From Candidatus Fervidibacterota bacterium (GTDB taxonomy: Bacteria; Armatimonadota; Fervidibacteria; Fervidibacterales; Fervidibacteraceae), in NCBI GenBank assembly GCA_040290365.1, contig PSNA01000003.1, positions 138,737-170,736 on the forward strand: a stretch of DNA of 32,000 nt, given 5' to 3'. Below are positions 8,702-17,350 of the stretch, in pieces. The translations under genes were made by a program, and so were the position numbers. How positions within the stretch are numbered: the first letter of the stretch is position 1; each line of letters begins with the position of its first letter. The notes under the pieces were generated by a model that saw only the letters and a program-made list of their open reading frames with translations, made no database searches and had not been told where the DNA came from.

Positions 8702-9004
8702 TTAGCCGCTCTGTGAGGGGGCGGCTTGGGATTGTTGCTTTTGTTTCTTCCGGCGATGGAACTCTTGCCAGATGCCTGTTTTGCAAAGAAGCCGCAAGAC
8801 GGTTTCCGTTGTTTGAGCCCCAACGGACAACCAGTAAAGGGTTCGCTCGCGGTCAATGGAAACTTCGGCAGGCTCACGAGTGGGGTGGTAGTGCCCCAAG
8901 ATTTCAATGAACTTGCCGTTTTTAGGCGCTCTGGCATCGGCGACGACAATTCGGTAGTGTGGATTGTTCCGAGCGCCAACGCGCATCAGGCGCATCCGCA
9001 CCAA
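8702..9004 (-). CDS. rpsP: 30S ribosomal protein S16
   Basis: The core VRMRLMRVGARNNPHYRIVVADARAPKNGKFIEILGHYHP is S16. The ORF track starts at 9031, but AAAGGAGGTGAG lies inside that extension. The TTG at 9002-9004 gives the canonical MVRxRLxRxGA N-terminus. Confidence 0.85.
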   Translation of the reverse strand: MVRMRLMRVGARNNPHYRIVVADARAPKNGKFIEILGHYHPTREPAEVSIDRERTLYWLSVGAQTTETVLRLLCKTGIWQEFHRRKKQKQQSQAAPSQSG

Positions 9005-9074
9005 CGCCGTCTCACCTCCTTTCACAACCACTCGCCTTCTTGTCGCCTACTTGACACTATAGCATAGTCCGAAA

Positions 9075-9098
9075 GCGGCTTTGGAAGTTAAAAGCCGC
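9075..9098 (-). terminator. Stem-loop between ffh and rpsP (8-bp stem, weak U tract); possible attenuating terminator or processing site
   Basis: The minus-strand RNA reads GCGGCUUU-UAACUUCC-AAAGCCGC followed by UUUCGG. The loop contains the ffh stop codon (9088-9090). Confidence 0.3.
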
Positions 9099-10425
9099 CA
9101 AGCAGGCGCATTAACTCTTTGGCAGATGGGCGCGCTTTTGCGAGCCGTTTCATTGTATCACGCATCGCTTTGAACTGACGCAAGAGTTGGTTGACCTCTT
9201 GGACGGTAGTGCCGCTTCCTCGGGCAATGCGCCGTTTGCGGGAGCCATCAATGATATCAGGGTTGCGCCGCTCTTTTAGCGTCATGGACAGGATGATGGC
9301 TTCCATCCGCTTGAGTTTTCGCTCATCCATTTGCCATCGTGGTCCGCCCAAACCTCCAAAGCCAGGAAGGAGCGAAAGGAGTTGCTCCAACGGTCCGGCT
9401 TGGCGCATTTGGCGCAGTTGCATCAGTAAGTCCTCCAAGTTGAAAGTGCCCTTAGCGATCCGTTCTTCCATGCGACGGGCAGTGGCTTCATCCACCAACC
9501 CTTCCACGCGCTCCATCAAACTGGCGACATCCCCAAAGCCTAAAATGCGCTGCACCATTCGGTCAGGGTAGAAGACATCCAAGTCCGTCAAGTGCTCACC
9601 GGTTCCAACCAACTTGACAGGTTTACCTGTGACGGCGCGAACGGATAACACTGCCCCGCCCCGTGCATCGCTGTCCAACTTTGTCAAGACCACACCAGTG
9701 ATGCCCACTTCGCTGTCAAAAGACTCCGCTACCCGCACCGCATCCTGTCCGGCGGTGGCGTCCAACACTAGCAAGGCTTCGTGGGGGCGAAGTGCCAATT
9801 TAAGCCGTCGCAATTCCTCCATCAGTTCCTCGTCGGTGTGCAGTCGTCCGGCAGAGTCTATGATGACCACATCGTGCCCTTTCGTTTTGGCATGCTGCAA
9901 AGCGGCTTGTGCCAAGGCTTCGGGTGTTCCGCTCCCCATGGAGAAAACAGGGACACCCGCTTTCGTTCCCACTTGCTTAAGCTGCTCAATGGCAGCGGGA
10001 CGCTTCAAATCGGCAGCGACCAATAAAGGATGACGCCCTTGTTTCTTGAGCATCGTCGCCAGTTTGCCGCAAGTGGTCGTTTTGCCCGAACCTTGCAACC
10101 CCAACATCAAAAAGACGGTCGGCGGCTGGGAAGCGAAGTGCAAGGGTTCAGGTTTTTCGCCCAATAACTTGACCAGTTCCTCGTAGACGATTTGAGTCAT
10201 GCGCCGATGGGGATGGGGGTGCTCTAACACTTCAGGCGTCATCACTCGCTCCCGCACTTGGTTGACAAAGAGGCGGGCAACCCGAAGGTTCACATCGGCT
10301 TCCAACAAATTCAGGCGCAACTCGCGCAGCCAGTTTTCCACTTCTTCCTCGCTGAGGCGCCCGCGCCCCCGCCAACGCGCCAGCAAACTTTGTAAGCGTT
10401 CTGTCAATCCTTGCCACATAGCCAT
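9088..10425 (-). CDS. ffh: Signal recognition particle protein Ffh
   Basis: 445 aa with an NG domain (GLQGSGKTTTCGKLA, DSAGRLH, TKLDSDARGGA) and a Met-rich M domain. Confidence 0.95.
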   Translation of the reverse strand: MAMWQGLTERLQSLLARWRGRGRLSEEEVENWLRELRLNLLEADVNLRVARLFVNQVRERVMTPEVLEHPHPHRRMTQIVYEELVKLLGEKPEPLHFASQPPTVFLMLGLQGSGKTTTCGKLATMLKKQGRHPLLVAADLKRPAAIEQLKQVGTKAGVPVFSMGSGTPEALAQAALQHAKTKGHDVVIIDSAGRLHTDEELMEELRRLKLALRPHEALLVLDATAGQDAVRVAESFDSEVGITGVVLTKLDSDARGGAVLSVRAVTGKPVKLVGTGEHLTDLDVFYPDRMVQRILGFGDVASLMERVEGLVDEATARRMEERIAKGTFNLEDLLMQLRQMRQAGPLEQLLSLLPGFGGLGGPRWQMDERKLKRMEAIILSMTLKERRNPDIIDGSRKRRIARGSGTTVQEVNQLLRQFKAMRDTMKRLAKARPSAKELMRLLGGF

Positions 10426-10528
10426 GCGCCTCCGATGGGCAAGTATAGCGCAAGATAGCGTCTCTTCTCGCTGTATGGCAAAATTGGAGCGGCTGTGAAT
10501 GCCGAACTTTCAAGGGGGCGAAGGAAAA

Positions 10529-12091
10529 ATGAAGCGTTGGTGCTTCTTCGCCATTGCCGGCATCGTCGGATGGACAGGAGCATGGGGATGGGGGCAGCAA
10601 GGAGCCCCTTCGGCAATCGCTCAGTGGTTCGCCCAACGCCTTATGGCTAATCGGAGCACCCCATTAGACCTCCCCGAACGCGGCGATGTAACCCTCTTTG
10701 GCGGTGACTTGACAATCAACCCCTTGAAGCCGCAGATTGTGGCAGTAGGGGGAGGTGTGGCGCAACTGGACACCGAATGGTCTTATCGCGGCTCCCCTGC
10801 CTTGCGGGTCGTCACCTACGGCTATGGCTCTGGAGGGATGTTGGACTTTGCCGTCCCCCTTCGCTTTACAGCGCCCTTGACAAATTACGAGTTGTTGATC
10901 ACGCTGGTGCCGCCCGTCCCGATAGAGCCGCCAGTTTCTCAAACAACCACGATGCCTGGTGGTCCGACAGCGCCGGGGATGCCGGGCATGCCGGGAGCGC
11001 CCGGAGTGCCAGGGGGCGAGATGGGTGAAATGGTGCCGGGTGCCCCTGCGGGACCAGGAGGCTTCATGGGAGCGCCCGGCTTTGGAGCACCAGGACCGAT
11101 GAGCGGAGCACCGACAGGTCCAGGCGGGATGCCTCCCTTTGGTCCGGGACTGATGGGTGCCGCCCCCGGTTTTGGTCCAGGGATGGCGGGACCTTTCGGT
11201 CCGTTCGGCGGTCCCATGTTCGGGGGTGCCCCAACAGGTCCCGTCGCTCCCTTTGCGGGAGGGGGAAGCCAGCAACGGCGAGCCGCCTACCGCCGATATT
11301 TGGGGGCTTACTGGATGATGAGTAGCCCCTTCCTAAACCCTTACGGAGGCGGAGGGATGGGTGGTCCGCCGCCAGGGTTGACGGGTAGTCCCGGACAAAT
11401 TTGGGGCGGCACCTTGACAGGTGGTTACGTTGGGCAGCCTGGTGGTCCTGTCATTGGCGGAGGTGGGGGGCTTGCAGGTTACTCCTCTCCCTTCTGGGGT
11501 GGTGGTGTTGCCCAAACGACATGGTTGCGAACGCTCCACAATTTCGTCTTCCGCTTCGTCACCGACAAAGGCATCTTTACCCTCACCTTCCCGCTGCCGC
11601 CCGACCATGCCCTCAGTTTTGACGGCGACTGGGCAACCTTCACGGTGCCTTTGCAACTGCTCGGCACTGCTCCTGAGCCACCTGTCGTCCTTTACCGCTT
11701 GCTCATCTCCGGCGATGCGCCCGAAGAGTTGATCATTGGGCGTCTCCTTCTCTGTCCCCGCTCTTCTGACTACCTCATCGTTTCCGTCCGTTCCTCTGCT
11801 GTTGCGGTGACAGAAGAAGTCAAGCCCGGCGAATTGGTGCGGCGCTTCCCTGTTCAAGTGAACCAACCTGTCACTTTTGAAGCGGTGGTTAGCGGTACTT
11901 TGCTCCCTTTGGACATCCGTTGGGACTTTAACAAGGAGGATGCAGGTGGCTTTGAAGTGCCGGATGCTCGCGGCCGGCAAGTGACCTTCACTTTTGAGAG
12001 GCCCGGCACTTACGAGTGTGCCGTTCAAGTCCGAGACCTTTTCGGGCTTTTGCCGCCCGTCGTGGAGCGGTTCCGAGTGGAAGCCCGGTAA
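10529..12091 (+). CDS. Secreted hypothetical protein with a long Gly/Pro/Met-rich low-complexity core and a C-terminal PKD-like domain
   Basis: The ATG at 10529 (after GAAGGA) gives the signal-peptide-like MKRWCFFAIAGIVGWTGAWG. The core, about 10950-11510, is PGMPGMPGAPGVPGG...GFGAPGPMSGAPTGPGGMPPFGPG. The C-terminus carries VTFEAVVSG...RWDFNKEDAG...TYECAVQVRD (PKD-like). Confidence 0.6.
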   Translation: MKRWCFFAIAGIVGWTGAWGWGQQGAPSAIAQWFAQRLMANRSTPLDLPERGDVTLFGGDLTINPLKPQIVAVGGGVAQLDTEWSYRGSPALRVVTYGYGSGGMLDFAVPLRFTAPLTNYELLITLVPPVPIEPPVSQTTTMPGGPTAPGMPGMPGAPGVPGGEMGEMVPGAPAGPGGFMGAPGFGAPGPMSGAPTGPGGMPPFGPGLMGAAPGFGPGMAGPFGPFGGPMFGGAPTGPVAPFAGGGSQQRRAAYRRYLGAYWMMSSPFLNPYGGGGMGGPPPGLTGSPGQIWGGTLTGGYVGQPGGPVIGGGGGLAGYSSPFWGGGVAQTTWLRTLHNFVFRFVTDKGIFTLTFPLPPDHALSFDGDWATFTVPLQLLGTAPEPPVVLYRLLISGDAPEELIIGRLLLCPRSSDYLIVSVRSSAVAVTEEVKPGELVRRFPVQVNQPVTFEAVVSGTLLPLDIRWDFNKEDAGGFEVPDARGRQVTFTFERPGTYECAVQVRDLFGLLPPVVERFRVEAR

Positions 12092-12128
12092 CGAATACCC
12101 TTGACACTTTTCAAAGGGGGAGCGAAAG

Positions 12129-13298
12129 GTGGCGGAAGTGAGTGTTGCGTTGATTGGCTGTGGGGGGATGATGGAGGTGCATGTGAGGCGGGGTTTTCGC
12201 GCTTTGTGGGAGCGAGGTTTTCAAGACTTCCGCATTGTCGCTTGTGTGGACTCCAATGAAATGGCGGCTGCCCGCATGGCGGAGAGCATCGCGGAGTGGC
12301 AAGGAACTCGCCCCTCCGTTTACACCTGCGTGGATGATTTCCTCGCCAAGGAAACTTCTGTCCACGCTGTGGACATTAGCCTGCCCCACTATGAGCACCA
12401 CACGGTGGCGGTGGCATGTTTAGAAGCGGGCAAACATGTGCTCCTTGAGAAGCCCCTTGCCATCACCCTTCGGGCGGGGCGGAAGATCGTGGAGGCAGCG
12501 AAACGCAAAGGTTTGGTTTTGTCCATCGCGGAAAACTACCGCCGCACTCCTTACCATCGCGCCATCCGTTGGGCAATTCGCCAAGGACGCATCGGGGAGC
12601 CACAGCAAGTTTATTGGTTGGACGCTTTTGAGCGCCGTTGGTATTGGGGTTGGCGCGACCATGTGGAGTTGGCGGGTGGGGGGTGGACTTTGGATGGCGG
12701 TGTCCACTTCGCTGACTTAATGCGTTACCATGTGGGCGAAGTGACAGAAGTCACTGCCCAAATGGCGACTTTCAACCCCATGCGTTTCCGCAGGAGGGAC
12801 GAGCAGGAAGAACTCATCCCCGCTACCATTGAGGACACCACCCATGCCCTCTTGCGCTTCGCTAACGGCGCTGTTGGTGTGTGGGTGGAAACGATTTCCG
12901 CACCTGCCCGAAAAATAGGCACCCACGTCATCTACGGCTCCGAAGGTGCTGTTGATTTGGATGTTGGCTTGTTCTTGCGCGGGCGCGACGAGCCAGTTTC
13001 CTTGACAGAATTGCAAGAGGAGTTCATGGCGAGTTTGTCCGAAGAGGAGCGAGAGCGATTATTCCCTTGGGGGCTGACCGACGACATCGCTCAAGAAGTG
13101 CACGAATTCCTCATCGCGTGCGCTGAAGGCGACCCGCAGGTGGAAGTGGATGGGGAAGAGGGTTATCGGTCGCAAGGGGTGTGCATGGCTGTTTACGAGG
13201 CAGCCACTTTACGTCAACCTATAAGTGTTACCGCCGTGATGGCGTTGGAGGTGGAAGCCTACCAATGCTCCATCAACGAACGGTGGCAAATCGTGTGA
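12129..13298 (+). CDS. Gfo/Idh/MocA-family NAD(P)-dependent oxidoreductase (cytoplasmic, no signal peptide)
   Basis: 389 aa. It has an N-terminal Rossmann motif (VALIGCGGMM) and EKPLA after the second strand block. GTG start lies 6 nt after GGGGGAG. Confidence 0.75.
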   Translation: MAEVSVALIGCGGMMEVHVRRGFRALWERGFQDFRIVACVDSNEMAAARMAESIAEWQGTRPSVYTCVDDFLAKETSVHAVDISLPHYEHHTVAVACLEAGKHVLLEKPLAITLRAGRKIVEAAKRKGLVLSIAENYRRTPYHRAIRWAIRQGRIGEPQQVYWLDAFERRWYWGWRDHVELAGGGWTLDGGVHFADLMRYHVGEVTEVTAQMATFNPMRFRRRDEQEELIPATIEDTTHALLRFANGAVGVWVETISAPARKIGTHVIYGSEGAVDLDVGLFLRGRDEPVSLTELQEEFMASLSEEERERLFPWGLTDDIAQEVHEFLIACAEGDPQVEVDGEEGYRSQGVCMAVYEAATLRQPISVTAVMALEVEAYQCSINERWQIV

Positions 13299-13311
13299 GG
13301 AGGTGTTGACG

Positions 13312-13743
13312 ATGGAGGAACGCCGCGAGGAAATTCGCGAGCAGCAGCCTGTAGAAGGGCAACAACTGGTTGCCGAGGCGTCGGGGGGAGAAGTGGCACC
13401 AAAGCGCGGGGCAGGTTTTGGGATAGGCTTTTTCCTCGGTCTGATTGTCGGCGCCGTAGCCGTGCTTGCCATCACTTACGCCGCTTGGAAAATCCCATTA
13501 GACACGGCGAACCAACAGGTGGAGGTGTTGGAGAAGCAAGTGAAAACGGCTCAAGACCGTGTAACCAAAATGCGGGAAACCTTGAGCCGTGCCCAAGAAG
13601 CCCTCACTGCCCTCAATGAAGCGTTAAAGGAGTTGTCCCCTCAGGAAGGCGGAGCAGGGCAACAGCCATCTCCTCAGCCTGCCAAGCCACCTCAACAGCC
13701 AACGGGACGACCGAAACCTTCTCCCCCTCAACCGTCCCAATGA
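13312..13743 (+). CDS. Hypothetical single-pass membrane protein with a coiled-coil segment and a Pro/Gln-rich tail
   Basis: The ATG at 13312 follows GTGAGGAGGTG. It has one TM segment (FGIGFFLGLIVGAVAVLAITYAAW), a heptad-like QVEVLEKQVKTAQDRVTKMRETLSRAQEAL and a PQ-rich end. It ends 11 nt before the reverse gyrase gene. Confidence 0.5.
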   Translation: MEERREEIREQQPVEGQQLVAEASGGEVAPKRGAGFGIGFFLGLIVGAVAVLAITYAAWKIPLDTANQQVEVLEKQVKTAQDRVTKMRETLSRAQEALTALNEALKELSPQEGGAGQQPSPQPAKPPQQPTGRPKPSPPQPSQ

Positions 13744-13754
13744 GGTGACCGTCC

Positions 13755-16700
13755 ATGCCTTTTGCTGTTTTCCGCCACTTGTGTCCTAACTGTGGCGGAG
13801 CCATCAGCGCGGAACGACTTAAAGCCGGGTTAGCCTGCGAAAATTGTGTGAGGGAGGCATCCCCTGCCTTGGAGCCGGCTGTCTTATGCGACCTTCTCCG
13901 CCAGCGGCGCAATTTGCAGAACTACCGATGGGTTTGCTACTTGCAGGAAGGGGAGCAAGCCTTTGCGGAGTTTTTCCGACGCCACCTCGGCTTTGAATTG
14001 TGGTCGTTGCAACGGGTATGGGCGCGGCGCATCTTATTGGGCGAGAGTTTCGCCCTCGTGGCGCCCACTGGTGTCGGGAAGACCACTTTCGGCATTGCAA
14101 TGGCGCATTTCCTGCCCGGCTCCGCTTACATCATTGTCCCCACCCGCATGCTGGTGGAGCAAGTGGCGGAGCGCTGTCAAGCCTTCGGGAACAAAAAGGT
14201 GGTCGCTTACCTTGGACGAACCCGAGAGCGCAAAGCCATTGAAACTGGTGACTACGAGGTTCTTGTCACCACCAGTATGTTCCTGTCCGCCAGTTTTGAC
14301 CTTGTGGCGGGACGGCGCTTTGACTTTGTGTTTGTGGACGATGTGGATGCGTTGCTGAAGTCGGGGCGCAATGTGGACAAAGTGCTTAAATTGCTCGGTT
14401 TCACCGACGAGGAAATGGAAGCCGCTTGGCAAGTCGTTGCCCGTCAGCCTGTCCCGACGGGCGAGGAGGAGGCGGAAGGGAAAGGCGATTTTTTCGCCGA
14501 AACCGAAGAAGAGAAGGAAGTTGACGCCCCTTCCCGTTCCCTTTCCTCCCATCCCAAAGGCATCCTCGTTGTCTCCTCCGCCACCTTGCGCCCTCGCACC
14601 AGTCGCGTTCGGTTGTTCCGAACCTTGTTGGGCTTTGAAGTGGTGCCCGTTCGCGTGACGGTGCGCAATGTGTGCGATGCCGTGCAGTTTGTGAATGATG
14701 TCAGGGAAGCCAAACGAGAATTGGTGCGATGGGTCAAACGGTTGGGCAAAGGGGGGTTGGTTTTCGTGTCGGGCGAATGGGGACGGGAAGGGGTTGCCGA
14801 AATTGTGAGCTTGCTTCAACGGCACAGAATCCGAGCCGCTGCTTACGACGAACTGGACTTGGAGGCTTTCCGACGAGGCGAGGTGGAAGTCGCCGTTGGC
14901 ATCGCCATCCCGACCAATGCGCTGGTGCGGGGCGTGGATTTGCCCGAAACTATCCGCTATGCGATTTTCGTGGATGTCCCCAAGATGAGTTTTCCGCTGA
15001 CCGAACTTTCCAACCCCCGCAATTTCGTGCCTTTGCTGTTAGCGCTTCGGGAAGTGAGTGAGGGAAAAGCCCGCATTGATGCTTACCTGTCCACCATGCG
15101 CCGCTACCGCTTCCTTCGCCCCGATCAACCCCTCCCCAAGGGGGTTCAGGAAATCGCCGATTACCTCCAACAACAATTCCACAACGAAGCCGTCTTGACA
15201 AAACTGGAGTCAGCAGAAACGGTGACTTTGCACCGTCGCAACGGGCAATTGTTCATCACCTTTGGCGATGCTGCCAGTTACTTGCAAGCATCGGGGCGAA
15301 CTTCGCGGCTTTATGCGGGTGGCATCTCACGAGGGATCAGTTTAGTGCTTGCGTGGGACCGCAAAGCCTTCCACAGCCTTCGTAGGCGGTTGCGTCTTTT
15401 CTTTGACGAAGTGGATTTCGTGGCGGCAGAGGAAGTGGAGTGGGAGGCAGAGGTGCGGAAGGTGGACGAAGACCGAGCCCACATCCGCCAACTTCAATTG
15501 GGCACTCTCCCCACTGAACAAGCCCCCACTATCCGCACCACGCTGGTCATCGTGGAATCCCCCAACAAAGCCCGCACCATTGCCCATTTCTTCGGCACTC
15601 CCCAACGGCGTCTCCTCAACGGTCTGTCTGTGTGGGAAGTCACTACTGGCGACCGCCTCCTCGCCATCACCGCTTCCTTAGGGCATGTCTTTGACCTGGT
15701 GGAGCGGGAAGGGGTGCACGGCGTTTTGGAGTTGGATGGGCAATTCGTTCCCCTTTACGCCAGCATCAAATCTTGCCCCCACTGTGGGGAACAAACGACA
15801 GAGGACACTTGCGCCTGCGGCAAACCACCTGAACGGGACAAACTTACCCTCATCCAAGCCCTTCAACGGTTGGCGGTGCAGTTTGACGAAATCGTGATTG
15901 CCACTGACCCTGATGCGGAGGGCGAGAAAATTGGCTATGACCTGATGGTTGCCCTTCGTCCCTTCAACCCCCGTATCGTGCGCGCCGAATTTCACGAGGT
16001 GACCCGCCGCGCCTTCCTGACTGCCCTTAAATCCCCTCGCTCCATTGACCTCAACCTTGTCAAGGCGCAAGTGACCCGACGCATCTTGGACAGGTGGGTG
16101 GGGTTTGAATTGTCTGGGCGGTTGTGGCGAGTCTTTGACCGCTACGACCTTTCCGCCGGGCGTGTTCAAACGCCCGTTTTGGGCTGGGTTATTGAGCGAA
16201 CCGAAAGAGCGCGGGAGCGAAAAGCCCGCATTCAAGTGCAAATCGCCAACCCCTCCACCCCCGACAAAACTGTCACCTTGACTTTTGAGCATGAAAACCT
16301 GGCAGAAGCGAAGGCGTTGACAGCGAAACTTTCGGAAGCAGAAGTGACGGTGGAGGAAGTTGGGGAGGAAATTGTCAACCCGCTGCCACCCTACAACACG
16401 GGCACCCTCTTGGCGGATGCTGGCTCTTTCGCTTCAGCAACGGCTATCATGGATGCTCTGCAAGACCTGTTTGAGCGCGGCGTTATTACTTACCATCGCA
16501 CCGACAGTGTGCGGGTGTCCGAGGCGGGAATTGGCGTGGCACGGGAGTTGCTGGAACGGTTGGGTGCTTTCGCCGATTTCCAACCTCGCCATTATGGCAC
16601 GGAAGGCGCCCACGAGGGCATCCGTCCCACCCGCGCACTGACGGAAGACGATTTGCGTCTTTGGCTCTCCACCGGGCGCATCAGCCTTGACAATCCTCGT

Positions 16701-17270
16701 TTGGCATTGCGACTTTACGGCATGATTGTGCGCCGATTCCTCGCTTCCCAAATGAAGCCTGCCTGCGTTCGGAAGGCGAAAGTCATCCTTTGCGTGGATG
16801 GTTGGCAACACGAGTGGACGCTCATCACGGAAGTGGTGGAGGAAGGCTTCCATAGCATTTCGCCCTTGCGCATCTATCCGTTGCAACCGCCCCTGAAAGT
16901 CATCTCGGCAAGCAGGCGGCAAGTGAGCAAAGTCTTGCCCTTCACCCAAGGAAGCCTTATTGAAGCGATGCGGCAGCGGGGCTTGGGGCGTCCGTCCACT
17001 TACGCTAAAATCGTCCAGACCCTTATAGAGCGCGGGTATGTGGTGGAGCGCAATGGCTTCTTGTTCGCTACTGAGTTGGGGCGAAATGTCTATCGGTGGC
17101 TTCGCCTCAAATTCCCTGAGTTCGCCGACGAAGCCCTCACTCGGGACATGGAAGAGACAGGCGACCGCATTGAAGCAGGGCAGCTTTGCTATCAAACCGT
17201 TTTGCGCGACCTTCGGAAAAGCCGCTTGTTCGCCGCCTTGGAAGGCACTGACTTTCCGGTGCGCCGTTGA
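13755..17270 (+). CDS. rgy: Reverse gyrase (helicase-like domain fused to type IA topoisomerase)
   Basis: 1171 aa. It has an N-terminal Zn finger (CPNCGG...CENC), helicase motifs (APTGVGKTT, VDDVD) and a Toprim start (LVIVESPNKARTI). It also has an internal Zn finger (CPHCGE...CACG) and the catalytic Tyr context (ITYHRTDS). Confidence 0.95.
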   Translation: MPFAVFRHLCPNCGGAISAERLKAGLACENCVREASPALEPAVLCDLLRQRRNLQNYRWVCYLQEGEQAFAEFFRRHLGFELWSLQRVWARRILLGESFALVAPTGVGKTTFGIAMAHFLPGSAYIIVPTRMLVEQVAERCQAFGNKKVVAYLGRTRERKAIETGDYEVLVTTSMFLSASFDLVAGRRFDFVFVDDVDALLKSGRNVDKVLKLLGFTDEEMEAAWQVVARQPVPTGEEEAEGKGDFFAETEEEKEVDAPSRSLSSHPKGILVVSSATLRPRTSRVRLFRTLLGFEVVPVRVTVRNVCDAVQFVNDVREAKRELVRWVKRLGKGGLVFVSGEWGREGVAEIVSLLQRHRIRAAAYDELDLEAFRRGEVEVAVGIAIPTNALVRGVDLPETIRYAIFVDVPKMSFPLTELSNPRNFVPLLLALREVSEGKARIDAYLSTMRRYRFLRPDQPLPKGVQEIADYLQQQFHNEAVLTKLESAETVTLHRRNGQLFITFGDAASYLQASGRTSRLYAGGISRGISLVLAWDRKAFHSLRRRLRLFFDEVDFVAAEEVEWEAEVRKVDEDRAHIRQLQLGTLPTEQAPTIRTTLVIVESPNKARTIAHFFGTPQRRLLNGLSVWEVTTGDRLLAITASLGHVFDLVEREGVHGVLELDGQFVPLYASIKSCPHCGEQTTEDTCACGKPPERDKLTLIQALQRLAVQFDEIVIATDPDAEGEKIGYDLMVALRPFNPRIVRAEFHEVTRRAFLTALKSPRSIDLNLVKAQVTRRILDRWVGFELSGRLWRVFDRYDLSAGRVQTPVLGWVIERTERARERKARIQVQIANPSTPDKTVTLTFEHENLAEAKALTAKLSEAEVTVEEVGEEIVNPLPPYNTGTLLADAGSFASATAIMDALQDLFERGVITYHRTDSVRVSEAGIGVARELLERLGAFADFQPRHYGTEGAHEGIRPTRALTEDDLRLWLSTGRISLDNPRLALRLYGMIVRRFLASQMKPACVRKAKVILCVDGWQHEWTLITEVVEEGFHSISPLRIYPLQPPLKVISASRRQVSKVLPFTQGSLIEAMRQRGLGRPSTYAKIVQTLIERGYVVERNGFLFATELGRNVYRWLRLKFPEFADEALTRDMEETGDRIEAGQLCYQTVLRDLRKSRLFAALEGTDFPVRR

Positions 17271-17279
17271 TGGGCGCTC

Positions 17280-17309
17280 GTTTCAATCTCACTATGGTGC
17301 GATTGCTAC
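17280..17309 (-). repeat. Dispersed 30-nt hairpin repeat, copy 4 (one mismatch)
   Basis: GTTTCAATCTCACTATGGTGCGATTGCTAC. It lies between the convergent rgy (ends 17270) and oxidoreductase A1 (ends 17351). The C-to-T change at 17289 falls on the unpaired stem position. Confidence 0.9.
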
Positions 17310-17350
17310 ACCGGCACAGCACCCTTGCACCTCATCAAATTGTCAACCGC

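Noticed and set aside
10664-11275. Antisense ORFs (203 and 92 codons) and alternative sense-frame ORFs within the Gly/Pro-rich gene
   Set aside because: They are generated by the GC-rich, repetitive PG-coding tract. They lack start context and overlap a better-supported secreted protein.
14034-14825. A 263-codon minus-strand ORF inside reverse gyrase; similar internal ORFs at 16434-17195, 15678-16292 and 19004-19975
   Set aside because: They are fully contained in genes with strong family signatures on the other strand or frame. No motifs or SDs were seen.
453-17309. Calling the 30-nt repeats a CRISPR array
   Set aside because: The copies are 0.7-12 kb apart and in mixed orientation, with no regular 30-40 nt spacers. 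The only tandem pieces are 14-15 nt partial reiterations with no spacer. No cas genes are in the window. They are reported as a dispersed repeat family instead.
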